64,000 nt of DNA. Origin: Octopus vulgaris. Its lineage: Eukaryota. Below are positions 48,538 through 61,639 of the stretch, piece by piece. The first letter of the stretch is position 1. Every line of letters starts with the position of its first letter. Made by a program: the position numbers and the translations under genes. The notes beneath the pieces are model-generated. The model worked only from the letters and a program-made list of their open reading frames with translations. It had not been told where the DNA came from and did not search any database. The stretch covers positions 37,076,001-37,140,000 of the forward strand of contig OX597820.1 in the NCBI GenBank assembly GCA_951406725.2. The letters run 5' to 3'.

Positions 48538-49515
48538 ATGGATGAAAAAGCAGAACCCAAAAATATTGATTCATCAGAAGAGAAATTACATTCTTGTGAT
48601 ATATGCAAGAAGTTATTCACAACAAAAAAGAATTTAATTCAGCATAAATTAATTCATTCATTCTCTAATTTTTATCAGTGTGAAGTTTGTGGCAAAAGGT
48701 TCACTGCAAACAATTTATTTTCTCTCCATAAATGTAGTCATTCAGGAAAAAAACTGCACCACTGTGATATCTGTGACAAAAATTTTTCTTCAAGTGGCAG
48801 TTTATCTACCCACAAGCGTATCCACACAGGGGAGAAACCATACCACTGTGATATCTGTGGTAAAAGATTCTCTCAGAAAGGTAGTTTATTTACCCACAAG
48901 CGTATCCACACAGGGGAGAAACCATATCTTTGTGTAGTTTGTAACAAAGCCTTCTCTGATAGTCGTAGTTTATTTATCCACAAACGTATTCACACTGGAG
49001 AAAAACCATATCACTGTGATATCTGTGATAAATCATTTTCTACAAAGGGTCATTTAACTTGTCACATACGTATTCACTCGGGAGAGAAACCATACCACTG
49101 TGATATCTGTGGTAAAATGTTTTCTGGAAGTGGTGACTTGTCTTCCCACAAACGTATTCACACAGGGGAAAGACCCTATCACTGTGACCTGTGTGGTGAA
49201 ACATTTTCTAGAAATCATAATTTAACTTATCACAAACGTATCCACACTGGGGAGAAACCATACCAATGTGATATATGTAATGAAGCATTTTCTACAAGGA
49301 GTCATTTGTCTTGCCACATACGTATTCATACAGGAGAAAGACCTTATCACTGTGAAATCTGTAGCAAGACTTTCTCTCAAAGTGCTCATTTGTATCGACA
49401 CAAACGTATTCACACTGGTGAAAGACCATACCAGTGTGATATCTGTAATGAAAAATTTTCCAGAAGTGATCATTTAACTCAGCATAAACGTATCCACACA
49501 GGAGAGAAATCATAG
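48538..49515 (+). CDS. Tandem C2H2 zinc-finger protein ZNF-D, 325 aa, 11 fingers
   Basis: 11 canonical fingers; first fingers (EEKxHxCDIC..KNL.QHKL.HS.S..YxCEVC) paralogous to ZNF-A. Confidence 0.95.
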   Translation: MDEKAEPKNIDSSEEKLHSCDICKKLFTTKKNLIQHKLIHSFSNFYQCEVCGKRFTANNLFSLHKCSHSGKKLHHCDICDKNFSSSGSLSTHKRIHTGEKPYHCDICGKRFSQKGSLFTHKRIHTGEKPYLCVVCNKAFSDSRSLFIHKRIHTGEKPYHCDICDKSFSTKGHLTCHIRIHSGEKPYHCDICGKMFSGSGDLSSHKRIHTGERPYHCDLCGETFSRNHNLTYHKRIHTGEKPYQCDICNEAFSTRSHLSCHIRIHTGERPYHCEICSKTFSQSAHLYRHKRIHTGERPYQCDICNEKFSRSDHLTQHKRIHTGEKS

Positions 49516-51879
49516 TTGTATATTTGTAGTGCAATATTCCTTTCAAGTAACAATATATATATATATATAATAAATGAATTTTTTAATGAATAATCAGGTG
49601 GTGCTCCAGCATGGCCACAGTCAAATGACTGAAACAAGTAAAAGAAAAGAAAGAATATCAGTGTTATGAATTGTAGCATGCAAGTATCATCATCATTATT
49701 TTAATGTCCATTATTCAATGGTATGCATCTAGAGCAATTGATGTTTCGATCCTATTAACCCACCAGAATGCCCCTACATCCTTTTCATTCCATTTTAATT
49801 TTACCTACTTCCAAGGTGGCTATGAGATATTGTGGCATTTTAATTAGCACTCTGGTTATTGGTTTGTCTTTAGACTAAATCATTCCAGGTTTTGAATTTT
49901 TTTTTTAGCATTCTTGACACATTTTGTTATTGCTGCTTCCAAAAGCAACTGTTTGGAATTCTTGTATTATAGAATCAAGAACTATGATGAGCAGAAGGGA
50001 AATAAGGAAAGAAATGCTGTGGGCACCTAACTACATGAATAATTTACTGCTAATCCTAACTTTGCCTTAAAGCATCTTCATACTTGGGTTGAATGGCTTT
50101 TGAAGGTCACTCATCTACATCTTATTTTTGCAGTACACACCAAACTATATTGTGTGTGATTCTATCAAAAAGTATTCTGATTGATAAATGCTTGATGGTT
50201 TATGCTTAACTAATACCTCTTGTCATTGTCTTGCAGTAGTATAGTATTTATGGTTCTACATCTAGACACAAATACAAACTAAATCCAAACTTTCTCCTGT
50301 ACTGACTTACTAAAAAATTTTGTCAGCTGTTTTCTAGACTTTGTCGTCATACAGAGATATCTACCATTGTTCAATCCCAGCACATCTTACTTCATCTTTG
50401 TTGCCATTAATGATAATACAGCTACACCAGTCTTCCTTCATCATTTAATTAATTGTCTAGTGTAGTAGGTACATTTCTTAGTTATTATCTATGATGGGCC
50501 TGTCCACAATGTAAAAGGTATTATGCATTCAACACTAATTAATCTGATTTTGTCATTGGATTGTGTCAGTGTCAACAGTTTTGTTAGCTCCCGTATTTCA
50601 GCTAGCTAGAGCAATCATATATTTGTGAAATGTGTGTTTAGTTATCTGAAAGTATGTCCAATGAAAATTTAAATTTTTGAACATAAAATACTGTATTTAA
50701 TCTTTATGGAGAATGGGGTCAGGTGCAAATCATAAAAGTATGTGATGTTCAACACTTATTTTTTCTATTAACCTTTCTGTTGTAGCCTTAGCCTCTCTTC
50801 TACACTGATGAACTTTTAATGCAAGCTTTTAAAAGTAACATTTTAATTCTGACTGTACAATTCCATTCACCCATGCTAATTTGTGTCTTTGTCCAAAAGT
50901 ATTTCTATTGTCTGCCATGTTACTGGCAATGGATAGAAAATGAAATCTGACAATAAAAAGTTGAGCTCCTGACATGATATATATTGAGTGGACCAAGAGT
51001 CACAAATTCTGACTACATATTGCAATCTGTGGACATATTTTTATATTTTGTGACTCTTGGCTCATTCTACATATGATTATGGAGTTCAGGTTATAACCAT
51101 TATTTTCATTTTTAATCTTGATTTTTTTTCAGCCCCTCTTTACAATGTAGTTTCAAAATTTATCAGTTGTTTTTGTGCTGCTAAGGGCTTATCACTTAAA
51201 ATTGCAGCATTATCACTGGAGGCTAATTCAAGTAGTTTTTCAACAGTAAATCTGGGTAGTCTTCTCTTGATTGTATCTATATTCTTGCAGAAATATACAG
51301 ATTACATAATCCATAATAATTATGAAGATGTATAACGCAAGCTTGTCTTCCCCAAAGTTGTCTCATTACAGTTACCAGGAAGATTATGAACAAAAGCATA
51401 AATATCTGTGTACAAGAACATAATTGCATTAATAAATAAATTTGGCATTTTATTGAAACTTGGTATATCTTCAACTTTTCCTCTGTTTATACAGTTCAAC
51501 AATGTTAGAAGAGTCCTCAGAAGTTTTCACAAAACTGTTTTCTTAACTGCTTGGCTGTCGTGCATATTCTTGATGGTAGTATTTGTTTAGTAGCATTTCT
51601 CTTCAGACTTATCATCATTGTCGTTATTTTAATATCTACTTTACTGCACTTGCATGGCTTGGAAGGCAGTAATTGAAGCAGATTTTCTACAGCCAGATGC
51701 CTTTCCTATCACCAACTCTCATCTGTTTCTAAGCAAGGTAATATTTACTTGTGGCCAGACATATTTTCACAAAATATCGGAATTGAATGACACTGGTTGT
51801 GTGACAGCAACATTTACAACTATTACATTAGGTCAGCATGAGACACAAACACACACACACTTGCACATGTGATTGCTTT

Positions 51880-52025
51880 ATTTTATCCATCTACCAAATC
51901 CATTCACAAGGCTTTGGTCAGCCCAGGACTATTGTAGAAGACACCTACCTAAAGATTGATGAAGTGGAAATGAACACAAAATCATGTGGTTCAGAAGTAA
52001 ACTTCTTAACTACACAGCACCTGTA
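51880..52025 (-). mobile_element. tRNA-derived SINE (family 1), diverged
   Basis: ctaccaaatccattcacaaggctttggtcagccc...tagaagacac. Confidence 0.7.
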
Positions 52026-52574
52026 AACTTAAAATTATTTTCTTTATTCTTCTTAGTCTTGTGAATAGCACTCAATTAAAGGGTAATACAGCAGTACATG
52101 TGCGATAAGTTGGCTTGTCATCTACAATGACTATGGAACTCATAATTGGTACAAGTAGCACAGGGAAATAAGTTGCAGCTCATCTGATAGAACTTTGACT
52201 GATCTAGTAGCTTTTCATCAAATAGTTGCATTTGCTGCTGTTTTGATTTCTCTTTATCAACAGATTCAGTGCATATTTAAGGTTCATTAGTTAAATCATA
52301 AATTGATTCCAAGTCACTGGTAGATTTTTCTGCCAAATCTTAATTCATCATTGATTTTCCTGTTTTATGGTGATGTATGGTTTCACTGGGTAATTTGTCC
52401 AATGTTTGTTTCTTTTCTTTGTCATTCATAAGGTTGTTTGGAGGTCATGTTCTAACTCAATACATTGAGCAGAAGAGAACAGTTCTGATCTGTGTTAAAT
52501 GTCTTTTTGATGAAATTATTTCAAGATTGTAAATCATAATCCTGGCAGTTTATATATATATATACATATATATA

Positions 52575-53486
52575 CAGGATGTTGGACAAAATAATTAAAA
52601 TTACTTTGTTAAATGGAAGTTTTATTATTTAATATGGAGTTGTTCCTCCCTGATGTATTATTCAAGGAATTGACTCATGTAGGTCATACAGGTTCTGAAT
52701 AATTGGGAGAATTTTGAGCCATTCTTGTAAAACCTGCTTTAACTCTTTCAGTGATGAAGGAAGAGGTTCCTCACCTGCTACTACAAAATGCACAATAAAT
52801 GTTTGATTACATTGAGATCCAGTGATTTCAAAGGCCATTCCAAGTGGCCTGCTTCACTTTTGTGCTCTTTGTACCAATTTCGAATAACATTAACCATATG
52901 AATCTGCACATTATTGTCTTGCAAGATTACTCAACCACCAGGAAACAATGTTTGTACCATGGGATGGATATGATTGACCAAAATATGCAGATAATTATTT
53001 TATGTTAACTCTGCCATGTAGAACAGTTGATGGGCCAAGAGATTTCTATGACATGACTGCTGAAATCATCACAGATCTACCTCCATGCTTCATAGTTGTG
53101 TTGAAGGCTTCTTTGGGCTATCTCTCTATATAAATTCACCCTGAAGTAGGGAAATAGTAAATGAAGATTCATCAGAGACAACATTGACCCATTGACTACT
53201 ACTTGGACACTATATTTTCTGCATATTGTTGTTGATGGGGAAGAGGAGAGGTATAGCAATTCAGCAGTTTTAGTGATTGATACTTTTTCTGTCTGCACTC
53301 CAACAATTTGTTCTTTTTGGAAATCAGTTAGTCATGCATTTTAACTTTAAGTATAAATATCTGCAAAGAAAAACGGGGCTATAATCATGAAGTACAAATA
53401 CACATATACCAACTAGAATAACTTTGAATTTGTCATGTTGCCAATAAAAAAATAAATGTGGTTTCTTTTACTTTGTCCAACCCCTG
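52575..53486 (-). mobile_element. Tc1-like transposon, internally deleted
   Basis: TA-flanked TIRs caggatgttggacaaa / tttgtccaacccctg; minus-strand LQDNNVQIH and WPLKSLDLNVIKHL. Confidence 0.8.
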
Positions 53487-53829
53487 TATGTGTGTGTGTA
53501 TATATCTATATACCCAGTACACTCTATATAGTGGTTGGTATTAGGAAGGGTTTTCACTATAGAAACCAGACACTGTAGCAAGACAGTTTTTCTGACCTGT
53601 TTGATCCTGACAAACTGTCAACCTGTACCAGCATGGAAGATGGACCCTAAAAGATGATTGTATAGACTGAACTATGAAAGAAACACAAGGTGTGTGTGAC
53701 TGTGAAATATGTTTTAATTTCATTATGTCATAGATAAATTTTGATAAATCTGATAAAGTAAATTTCTTGGATGTACTTTGACCACAGTCTGTGGGTTGTC
53801 CTGTGTCCTGGTAGTGAGCAAATCCAGCA

Positions 53830-54360
53830 CATTGAGATTGCAGGGCATGACATGTTCAATATTATACATGCCCTCTCTATGTGTTCAAAACGGCCATGCA
53901 CCATCAGCTCATGGAGTGCATGAGGCAGTTCACAAAAGCCATTAGCACCTGTGCCCACACCCTGAGGAAAGCTGCCTCCATTTCCACATGAGTTGTTGGC
54001 CTTGGGACCACCTGGTTCAGCCATCTCTGGATTTCATGCCACAGGTGTCCAATTGGATTTAAATCCAGGCTGAGAGCATGGTTCTGATGTTGTACTGATG
54101 CAGGAAGTACCTGGTGATCCTGGCCATGTGTGGAGAGATCATTGTCCTACTGGAACATGTGGCGGTGGTAACACGAAGAAGGGCACAATGTGAGGTCTTA
54201 GGATCTGGTCAACATAGCACTGCACTGTGATGCAATTCCCTCTGCCTTCACCAACATTTTGGAACACATGGGGCCCAATTGTTTGATTGAGGCCTATAGC
54301 ACCTTTAACCACAATGCTTTGGCCACCCCACATGTCTCAGTGCCCAATTGACCGACGCTC
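53830..54360 (-). mobile_element. Tc1-like transposase fragment
   Basis: MWGG..., TVQCYVDQILRPHIVPFF, FQ*DN, SLDLNPIGHLW. Confidence 0.75.
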
Positions 54361-56002
54361 AGTCTGCCCCTGCTCTCCAGTGTTTAAACAATTTCTTCAT
54401 TATCCCACTAACTTAGATCTCAATCACTTTACGTTTATGCTATGTGTCTTTTCGTAAACCTAATTTATATATCTTATAACATTGCAAATCACAAGTTTTC
54501 CAAAAATATTATTTGATGGAATGACTTATTAGCATCATCATCATTACCATTTAACGTCCATGTTCTCTGCTAGAATGAGTTGAGCTGTTTGACAAGATCT
54601 GATGAGCCCAAGGACTACATCATGTCCCATTGTCTGTTTCTACAACTCGATGCCCTTTCTAATACCAACAACCACTTTACGGTGTGTACATGGTGCTTTT
54701 TTCATGCCATCAGCACAAGTGAGGTCACCATGCAGCTTGCAAGACTATGAAACTTATGCTAAGGGAATAAGGAGAAGGGTAAGTATGAGAGAAAGTGGCA
54801 AGAGCAAAGCAAGTTCTTTACTGAAGAGTAGCTACATGACTACTCATCTTTTAGAGAGAAAAGGGTGAAGCTTGAAATTTGTGATAAGGTATCAGAGTGG
54901 ATCTTCAAAGTACAAAGTGGGTAGGAATGAGTAGGATAGGAGTGCAAGCAGTGATAGGAAGAGTAGGGGATGTCCAGTGAGTGGGAGTAGAATAAAAATG
55001 ATGATACAGTAAACAGGGAGATGAAATAAAGCTGACATGCTGTTAGGTAGGTTGCAGGGGTGAATGGGAACAATTCAGAGGCAGGCGCACTGTATGAGGA
55101 AAGTGGGAATGAGGGGAAATAATATGGTAGCACAGTGCAGGGGAGAGTGGTGTGTGAAAGTATAGGTGGAGATCAGAATGGATGAACAAGTGGAGTGATT
55201 TGGGGTAGTAAGAAAAGTGGTATCAAGGAAGAACTGCAGGTAAGGGAGGTGATGGGTGTCTTAAGAAGGAAGAGAATTGGGTAGAAGGCTCAATTGTGTA
55301 TATGTATGTATGTATACTGGGTGTTTCAAAAAGTTTGATATCATTTTGCAATCTAATAACTTTGTCAGTTCTTGTTCAAATGACTTCAAATTTTGACAAC
55401 AAATGTAGAAGATGGTCAAACTTTTATGCTTAATGTTTGATATGTTTATCTTTTCAGGTATAGAAATGGCATTCACTGGAAGAGAAAAGCGTTTTGTGTG
55501 TTGGAGTGTGCTCAAACACAGTCGAAGGAGATTGTGCTGTGTGCATTTGTGAGAGAGTTCTCTAAAAAGTCACCAACAGCAATGCAGATTTGGACATGGC
55601 ACAAAAAATTCAAAGAGGCCAACAGGATCTAGCTGACCACTAACATCAGAAGAGATGGTCGAACAGGTTCGCCATAAACTCTTGTGTAGCCCCCAAGAAG
55701 TCCAAAAGAAGAACAAGTCTGAAAACCCAGATTCCTCCAATGACAGTTTGGCACATCTTGAAGAAATGCTTGCTAATGAAACCCTACAAGCTGCAGCTCA
55801 TTCAGGCCATAATGGCAGATGGCAAGTGAAAGTGCAAACAATCCTGTTTTGATATGCAAGAAACACTTGAAGAAGCCAAGTTCAAGGAACATTTTGTTTT
55901 CAGTGATGTGTCACATTTCATATGAATGGCAAAGTCAATAAGCATAATGTTCGCATTTGGGGTGAAGAAAATTCCCATGACACAGTTGAGCACGAGAGGG
56001 AC

Positions 56003-56532
56003 TAGTAGCACCCTCTCAGTTAATTAAATAATAAAATTTTAAAAAGGGATGTAGCTTGAGTGACCTTCCATTGAATGTTCTGGAACATTCCATGACTTTC
56101 CAGATGACATGGAAGTGAAGGACTTCTGCTCCACATATAAAACGAAAAAACGAAAGTTAATCTTGCCTTTTTGCATTTGAGCTTTGGATGAGAACCATTG
56201 AGCGTATGTAGGTTGTTCTTACAACCGTCTTGCGGTTATAAGATATATCGTTTTTATTCCAAGTTATTCTTATATACTATGTTGCATACACAACATTGAG
56301 AAACTGTTATTTGTAAAGTTGCAAGCACACACCACAATGAATAAAACCATTATTGTTCCTGTTTAAGGATTTTCTTCGAGTTGTTTTGTTTTGTTGAATG
56401 TCGAGGAGTTTTCACTTAGAAGATGAATATGTAATAGTGATCCTGCCAAACTTTCCTTCAAAGCTAAATTAATGGTTGGCATGCCAGAGGTGTCTACTGG
56501 AGTTGACAACCCAATATCTAATTCACTAAAAC
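56003..56532 (+). mobile_element. Solo LTR-like insertion
   Basis: Splits the transposase between ERD and SPKV; TATAAAA ~56137 and AATAAA ~56340; similar to the reverse complement of 57370-57495. Confidence 0.55.
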
Positions 56533-57067
56533 TCACCAAAAGTGAAAGTGAAGCAGCTTCATGGTCCGTTTTTCTTTGAGGGAAATGTTATCTGCAAATG
56601 CTTCAGAACTGACTAATAGATGAGGTCATTGCAAACGAACATGAAGACTTTATTTTTCAACAGGATGGGGTTCCACCTTACTGTGCAGGCTTATCTCAGT
56701 GACAATCTGCAAGGGAGATGGATCGGGCATGCTGGTGATGAAGATAATGTGCTGTTGAAATGGCTGCCACGTTCACCTGATCTGACACCTTGTGATTTTT
56801 TTCTCTGGGGCTATGTGAAGGGCCTTGTCTATGACCTCCCTCTTCTTGCAAACCTAGAGGAACTCGAGCAGAGAATCACTACTGCACTGGAGACTGTTAC
56901 CCAAGACATGCAGCAGCATGTTTGGGAGGAGCTGGACTACCAATTTGACATGTACCGTGTCTCAGGTAGTGCACATATTGAACATTTATGAAATCGTTGA
57001 TGGAATCCACATACCTTTGAATTTCTCATTCAAATTTGGATGTATAAAACTATAGTGGATGTCAGTA

Positions 57068-57606
57068 TGTAACATCCTATAATTTTTATAATTGCATCCG
57101 AGAAAGAGGAGTCACTATCTTGTATGTAAACGACAAGAAAATAAGACATTCATAATAAGTCATGACATATTTATTACTGGATGTAATGCGTTAACATATA
57201 GGTTAATTGAAGGAAAAGCTTGGAATGTCGCATGAACATATTTTGTAACCACATGTCTCAAAGCAAATAGGGCAAACATCCGCGTATACGGGTGTGTATG
57301 GGAGTGGTGTGACTTAATGCATGTCTAGGAACCGACAGGCAAGAGCGGCACAAAATTAGAAATGTGTTCCTCTATATAAGGGATGAACCGGAAATCCCTA
57401 ACTTCCACGTCATCCAGCAGTTAATTGGAAACTTCTAGAATGTACGAGAATTTTCGAGAAGGTCGAGGGAAATTACTCTCTTTAGATCCCCTTTTCACTT
57501 TGCTTTCCTGCTTGACTGCCATGGATCACTATGAATCTTATGTTGCTCAACATTAAGCCTGTTTAGTTTCATTTGCTTTGACTATGTAGTTTCTGTGATA
57601 TTTACA
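57068..57606 (-). mobile_element. Solo LTR
   Basis: TGTAA...TTACA termini; reverse complement shares gatgac.tggaagt.a.gga.ttc.g and a TATA region with 56040-56145; no clear TSD. Confidence 0.6.
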
Positions 57607-57789
57607 TCTCAAATGATATCAAATTTTTTGAAACACACTGTGTATACGCGCGCGCGCACACACACACACACACGCACGCACCCAGTTCTACTGGAACTCA
57701 GTTACACTGAAGTGGACAGATTTTCTTGAGAATGCTATATCACCAACTATCTTGGTCTTTTGTGATTTCCGCGAAGTTCTAGATCCTGA

Positions 57790-58809
57790 GATCAGTTTTC
57801 ATCACCTTGTCCTTTATCTTCCTGGTTTCTCTCTCTCTCTCTTCTGCAAGCTCCATTGAGTTTTAATGACTGGCACTTCTTTATAAAGGTGTCCTCATCC
57901 ATATGCATCATATATTCATGCCTGAGCAGTCTTCTTCCTTGAACATTACATCTGATTCCTCTTTTGACCAGGTTTTCTGTCAGCACGTATATACCGTATA
58001 GTTTATTCACCTTTGCACATCCAACAGATTATGCTTACTTCGTTTCTCTCCCGTCTTCACAAGTTCTCTGTATTCAAGGCCCATAACTCAGTACCATTCA
58101 TCATTGAAACTCTAATGCATACATCATACCATTTGCCCTTCATGCTAAGGGAAAAGATCTTTGTTGCCAGCTGTGGTTGTAGCTCCGCGAACTTTCTCCA
58201 ACCCGTTCTTACTCTGATTTCTATGCTTTCCGAGCAACCAACTCACTAATTACACTACCGAGGCAACAAAAGCTATCAACTACTTCTTGTGATCCATCCA
58301 GGCATTTAAGAGAAACTATTTTCACTGTACTCTTATGTACTGCTCCACTGCATATATCACATACCAAGCTTACATTCTCAGACAGCCTGACTTTGCTTCT
58401 ACTCCTATCTTGTGTCCAATTCCCTAAAAGTATCTGAATCCTATCTTGGAGCATTATCTGAAAATTTGTAAAGGACAAACTGTGATTGCATATGCACTGA
58501 ATGGTCTTCATTCACTGGGGGTTTAGTATTTAACTGCAGCAAAAAATTTCCATGATAGTAACTGAGTCAATCTTCTCTTCAGGATAGTCCTTCTCTTGAT
58601 GCTTTCAGTATTTGAGCTTCAATAAATAATAACCTAATAATGGCTTGTTGTCAACCTTATTATTTATTTAGCTTAAAAACTATACTGTCTTTTTTCTAAC
58701 TAAAACCTTTGTCATTGCTGGGTTTACCTTAAGTCCTCTCAGTACTAAGTTTAATGCCCATACCTGGAATTTCTTCTTCCTTAGAGTGTCAGCTATGAGA
58801 ACAAGATCA
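57790..58809 (-). mobile_element. RTE-clade element 3' half (from the ADDLVL motif to the C-terminus)
   Basis: DLVLIAD..LKVNPAMTK, EVVDSFCCLGSVIS, RTGWRKF.EL, GTELWAL, RRLLRHEYMMHMDED. Confidence 0.85.
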
Positions 58810-58939
58810 CTTGCCCAAATTGAAAATAAAGGATAAAACCAAAAGAACTGTCAGCGTGAAAATAATACAGGAAGTATATAACAGTAATGTCATTGAACAT
58901 TTATGTCAGCTGGATTTGGCTGATAAATTAGACAATGGG

Positions 58940-59280
58940 ATTCTTTTCTACTCTAGGCAGAAGGCCCAACATTTTTGGGAGAGGGACCCAGTCGATTAGA
59001 TCGACCCCAGGGCACAACTGGTACTTAATTTATCGACCCCGAAGGGATGAAAGGCAAAGTTCATCTCGGTGGAATTTGAACTCAAAATACCTATTTCTTT
59101 ACTACCCACAAGGGACTAAATACAGAGAGGACAAACGGATTAAGTCGATTATATCAACCCCCAGTGCGTACTTATTTATTCGACCCTGAAAGGATGAAAG
59201 GCAAAGTTGCTCTCGGCGGAATTTGAACTCAGAACGTAGTGGCAGACGAAATACTGCAAAGCATTTCGTCCGGCGTGCTA
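58940..59280 (-). mobile_element. Two tandem family 3 SINE copies
   Basis: cgaccc.gaa.ggatgaaaggcaaagt..ctcgg.ggaatttgaactca occurs twice. Confidence 0.8.
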
Positions 59281-59296
59281 ACTTTTATAATCTGAA

Positions 59297-59865
59297 TTAG
59301 AATTTTTGGTTAATGTTGACATTATTACCTGGAAACAAAATCGAAAAGGAAAAAAAAAAAAATGGTTTAGGAAACGAATATGAAAACAAAAAAAAGTCCG
59401 GTAGCGAGAGGCCTTCGGAAAATTCACAAAATCCGATGTTTTTCCTCATAACTTTTAGGAAAATGTTTGTTTTTTCTATGAAATTTTATATAAATACCTT
59501 TCAAATGATATAGATTATGATTATAAAGAAATTTGAGGGGAATATCTTTTCTGAGGGGAAAGGGAGAGGACTTCGAAAAATCCACAAGATCCGATGTTTT
59601 TTCCCTCGTAACTTTGAGGAAAATGGATATCTTTCTACTTCACATCCACGTAGGAAACGAATCTGAAAACAAAAATGCGCGGAAAGTCATGGGGTGGGTA
59701 GAGAGAACTTCGGAAAATTCAGAAGACATTCACTAGATCTGAGTTTTTCCCTCGTAACTTTGAGGAAAATATAATCCTTTTGAAATCACAAATTAGGCTT
59801 TTCTTCAGGACCTTGGATGCTAAAAATCCTATTGAAGGGTGCGGGTCCTTACTTCTACTAAATAA

Positions 59866-59905
<40 letters not shown>

Positions 59906-61395
59906 GAGGGGCGTTCAATAAGTAATGCCCCTGACCCACTTCCCATAGCAGTAGAGCAACGAAACTTGGCACAGTTATTAGTCTTTTTTTACATAGGAAT
60001 CACCTATGATGCGGCTCTGGAGACCGTTTTTGTAGAAGAACCCAGCTTGGTCCTCCAACCTCAACGTGACTTCAGAAATCAAGGCTGCATCATCTGGGAA
60101 ATGCTTTCCTTTCAAAAACAACTTCATGATTGGGAAGAGGTGAAAATCAGAGGGTACAAGGTCAGGAAAGTAGGGGGGATGGGGAGGAGTTCATAGCCAT
60201 ACGCCTGTGCTCCTGATCTGGCGACAAGCGAGTTGTGGACCGGAGCGTTGTCCTGCAGGAGGAGGATGCCTTTGCTGATCTTGCCCCGCCTCTTGATTTT
60301 GATAACTTCTCTTAATTTCCTCAAAAGTGAAGCATAATAGGCTCCTGCAATTGTGGTACCCTTTGCCAGGAAATCTGTCATCACTACTCCGTCCTGGTCC
60401 CAGAAGACTGTGAGCATGACCTTGCCAGCGGAGGGCTGCACCCTTGCCTTCTTTGGAGGGGGTGAGTCACGGTGCTTCCACTGCATTGACTGGGCTTTGG
60501 TCTCTGGATCATCGTGATGGACCCAGGTTTCATCCTGTGTAATCAGTCTTTTGAAAAATTTTGACTCATCTTCTTGGCACATTTCCAAATTCACCCTCGA
60601 GCACTCGACGCGTTCTTGCTTCTGGAAAGGCGTGAGCAACCTGGGAATCCATCTGGCAGACACCTTTTGCATATGCAAATGGTCATGAATAATAGTTTCC
60701 ACAGACCCGGTACTAATCTTGACCTCATGGGCTATTTGGCGAATAATTATGCGTCGATCTTCCAAAATGGCAGCCTCAACTTGACGGACAGATGCCTCAT
60801 CAATGGCAGAAGGGGGCGACCAGATCTGGGAGCTGTTTCCACAGAGTTCCGACCATGTTTGAATTCACGATGCCAGCGTTTTACAAGGTCATATGATGGG
60901 GCATCATCACCATAAGTTACTTTCATTTCATCAAAAGTCTCCCGTGGTGTGCGTCCTTTCAAATACAAAAACCGGATCACTGCTCGACACTCAACAGGCT
61001 CCATTTCACACTTGACTCGGTTCAAACACCTGTAAATCAGAAACCACAATGAATTCAGAGCTGTAATTTGCCACTTACTCTATAGAGATATAAATGATTG
61101 CACATGCATAATTTCAGCTAGATCAAACAACTGCAAGTGGGTCAGAGGCATTACTTATTGAACGTCCCTCGTATACATATATATGTACACACACATACAC
61201 ACATCTAATTTTCCGAAGTCCTCTCCCTATCCCCCGTTGCTTTCCAGACAAGGCCTCTCCCCACTCCCCGCTGCTTTCCGGGCATTTTTGTTTTCATATT
61301 CGTTTCCTACACCCTTTTTTTTCCTTTTAACAGCCATTGCACTATTTTTTTTTTCCATTTAGTTTCCGGGTAACGTCAACATGAACCGAATTTTT
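59297..61395. mobile_element. Long-TIR MITE-like element with subterminal repeats, host of the mariner insertion
   Basis: 59300-59430 is inverted relative to 61205-61395; unit ttcg.aaaatt/ccacaagatccgatgtttt.cctc.taactt..aggaaaat occurs three times. Confidence 0.65.
59905..61171 (-). mobile_element. Near full-length mariner (irritans-like) with frameshifted DD34D transposase (ATG 61004, stop ~59978)
   Basis: ~37-bp TIRs cgaggggcgttcaataagtaatgcccctgacccactt; motifs WIPRLL, TQDETWV, LQDNAPVH, PYFPDLVPSDF; frameshifts near 60790 and 60175. Confidence 0.95.
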
Positions 61396-61639
61396 TGTTA
61401 AACAAAATAAACAACTTGATCATTTTATCTATTTATTATTTTCGCACATACGATGTTATTTAAATTGTTTATCACTTTATAATGAAAAATGTTGGTTGTT
61501 TGATTTCTCCTGTCAAGCTTTACATTATATAAAGAAAGGTGGAGAGAGTAAAGAAGATATAGAGTTAACAGAACGGGTATAGAATGAGTGCATATACTCT
61601 ACTTGGAGGCAAACAAAATAAAAAGGTATTATTGAGAAG

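Larger units (their letters stand above)
55317..57640 (+). mobile_element. Tc1/mariner-superfamily element of rosa/DD41D type, interrupted by two LTR-like inserts
   Basis: 30-bp TIRs ctgggtgtttcaaaaagtttgatatcattt / aaatgatatcaaattttttgaaacacactg; MAFTGREK..FCVLE N-terminus, FSD..HF..GKVNKHNVRIWG, FQQDG, WLPRSPDLTPCDFFLWGYVKGLVY. Confidence 0.85.

Noticed and set aside
10253-49546. Alternative-frame and antisense ORFs over the finger arrays (e.g. 10299-10748, 23506-24174 minus, 34396-34689 minus)
   Set aside because: Expected shadows of 84-bp periodic ZNF DNA; no independent evidence of coding
50200-52500. Coding-like minus-strand stretches (e.g. DTIKRRLPRFTVEKLLELASSDNAAIL)
   Set aside because: Interrupted by stops and SINEs, with no recognisable family; cannot be supported without a database search
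59300-59790. Spaced direct repeats superficially like a CRISPR array
   Set aside because: Degenerate subterminal repeats of a MITE with irregular spacing; eukaryotic context, no cas genes
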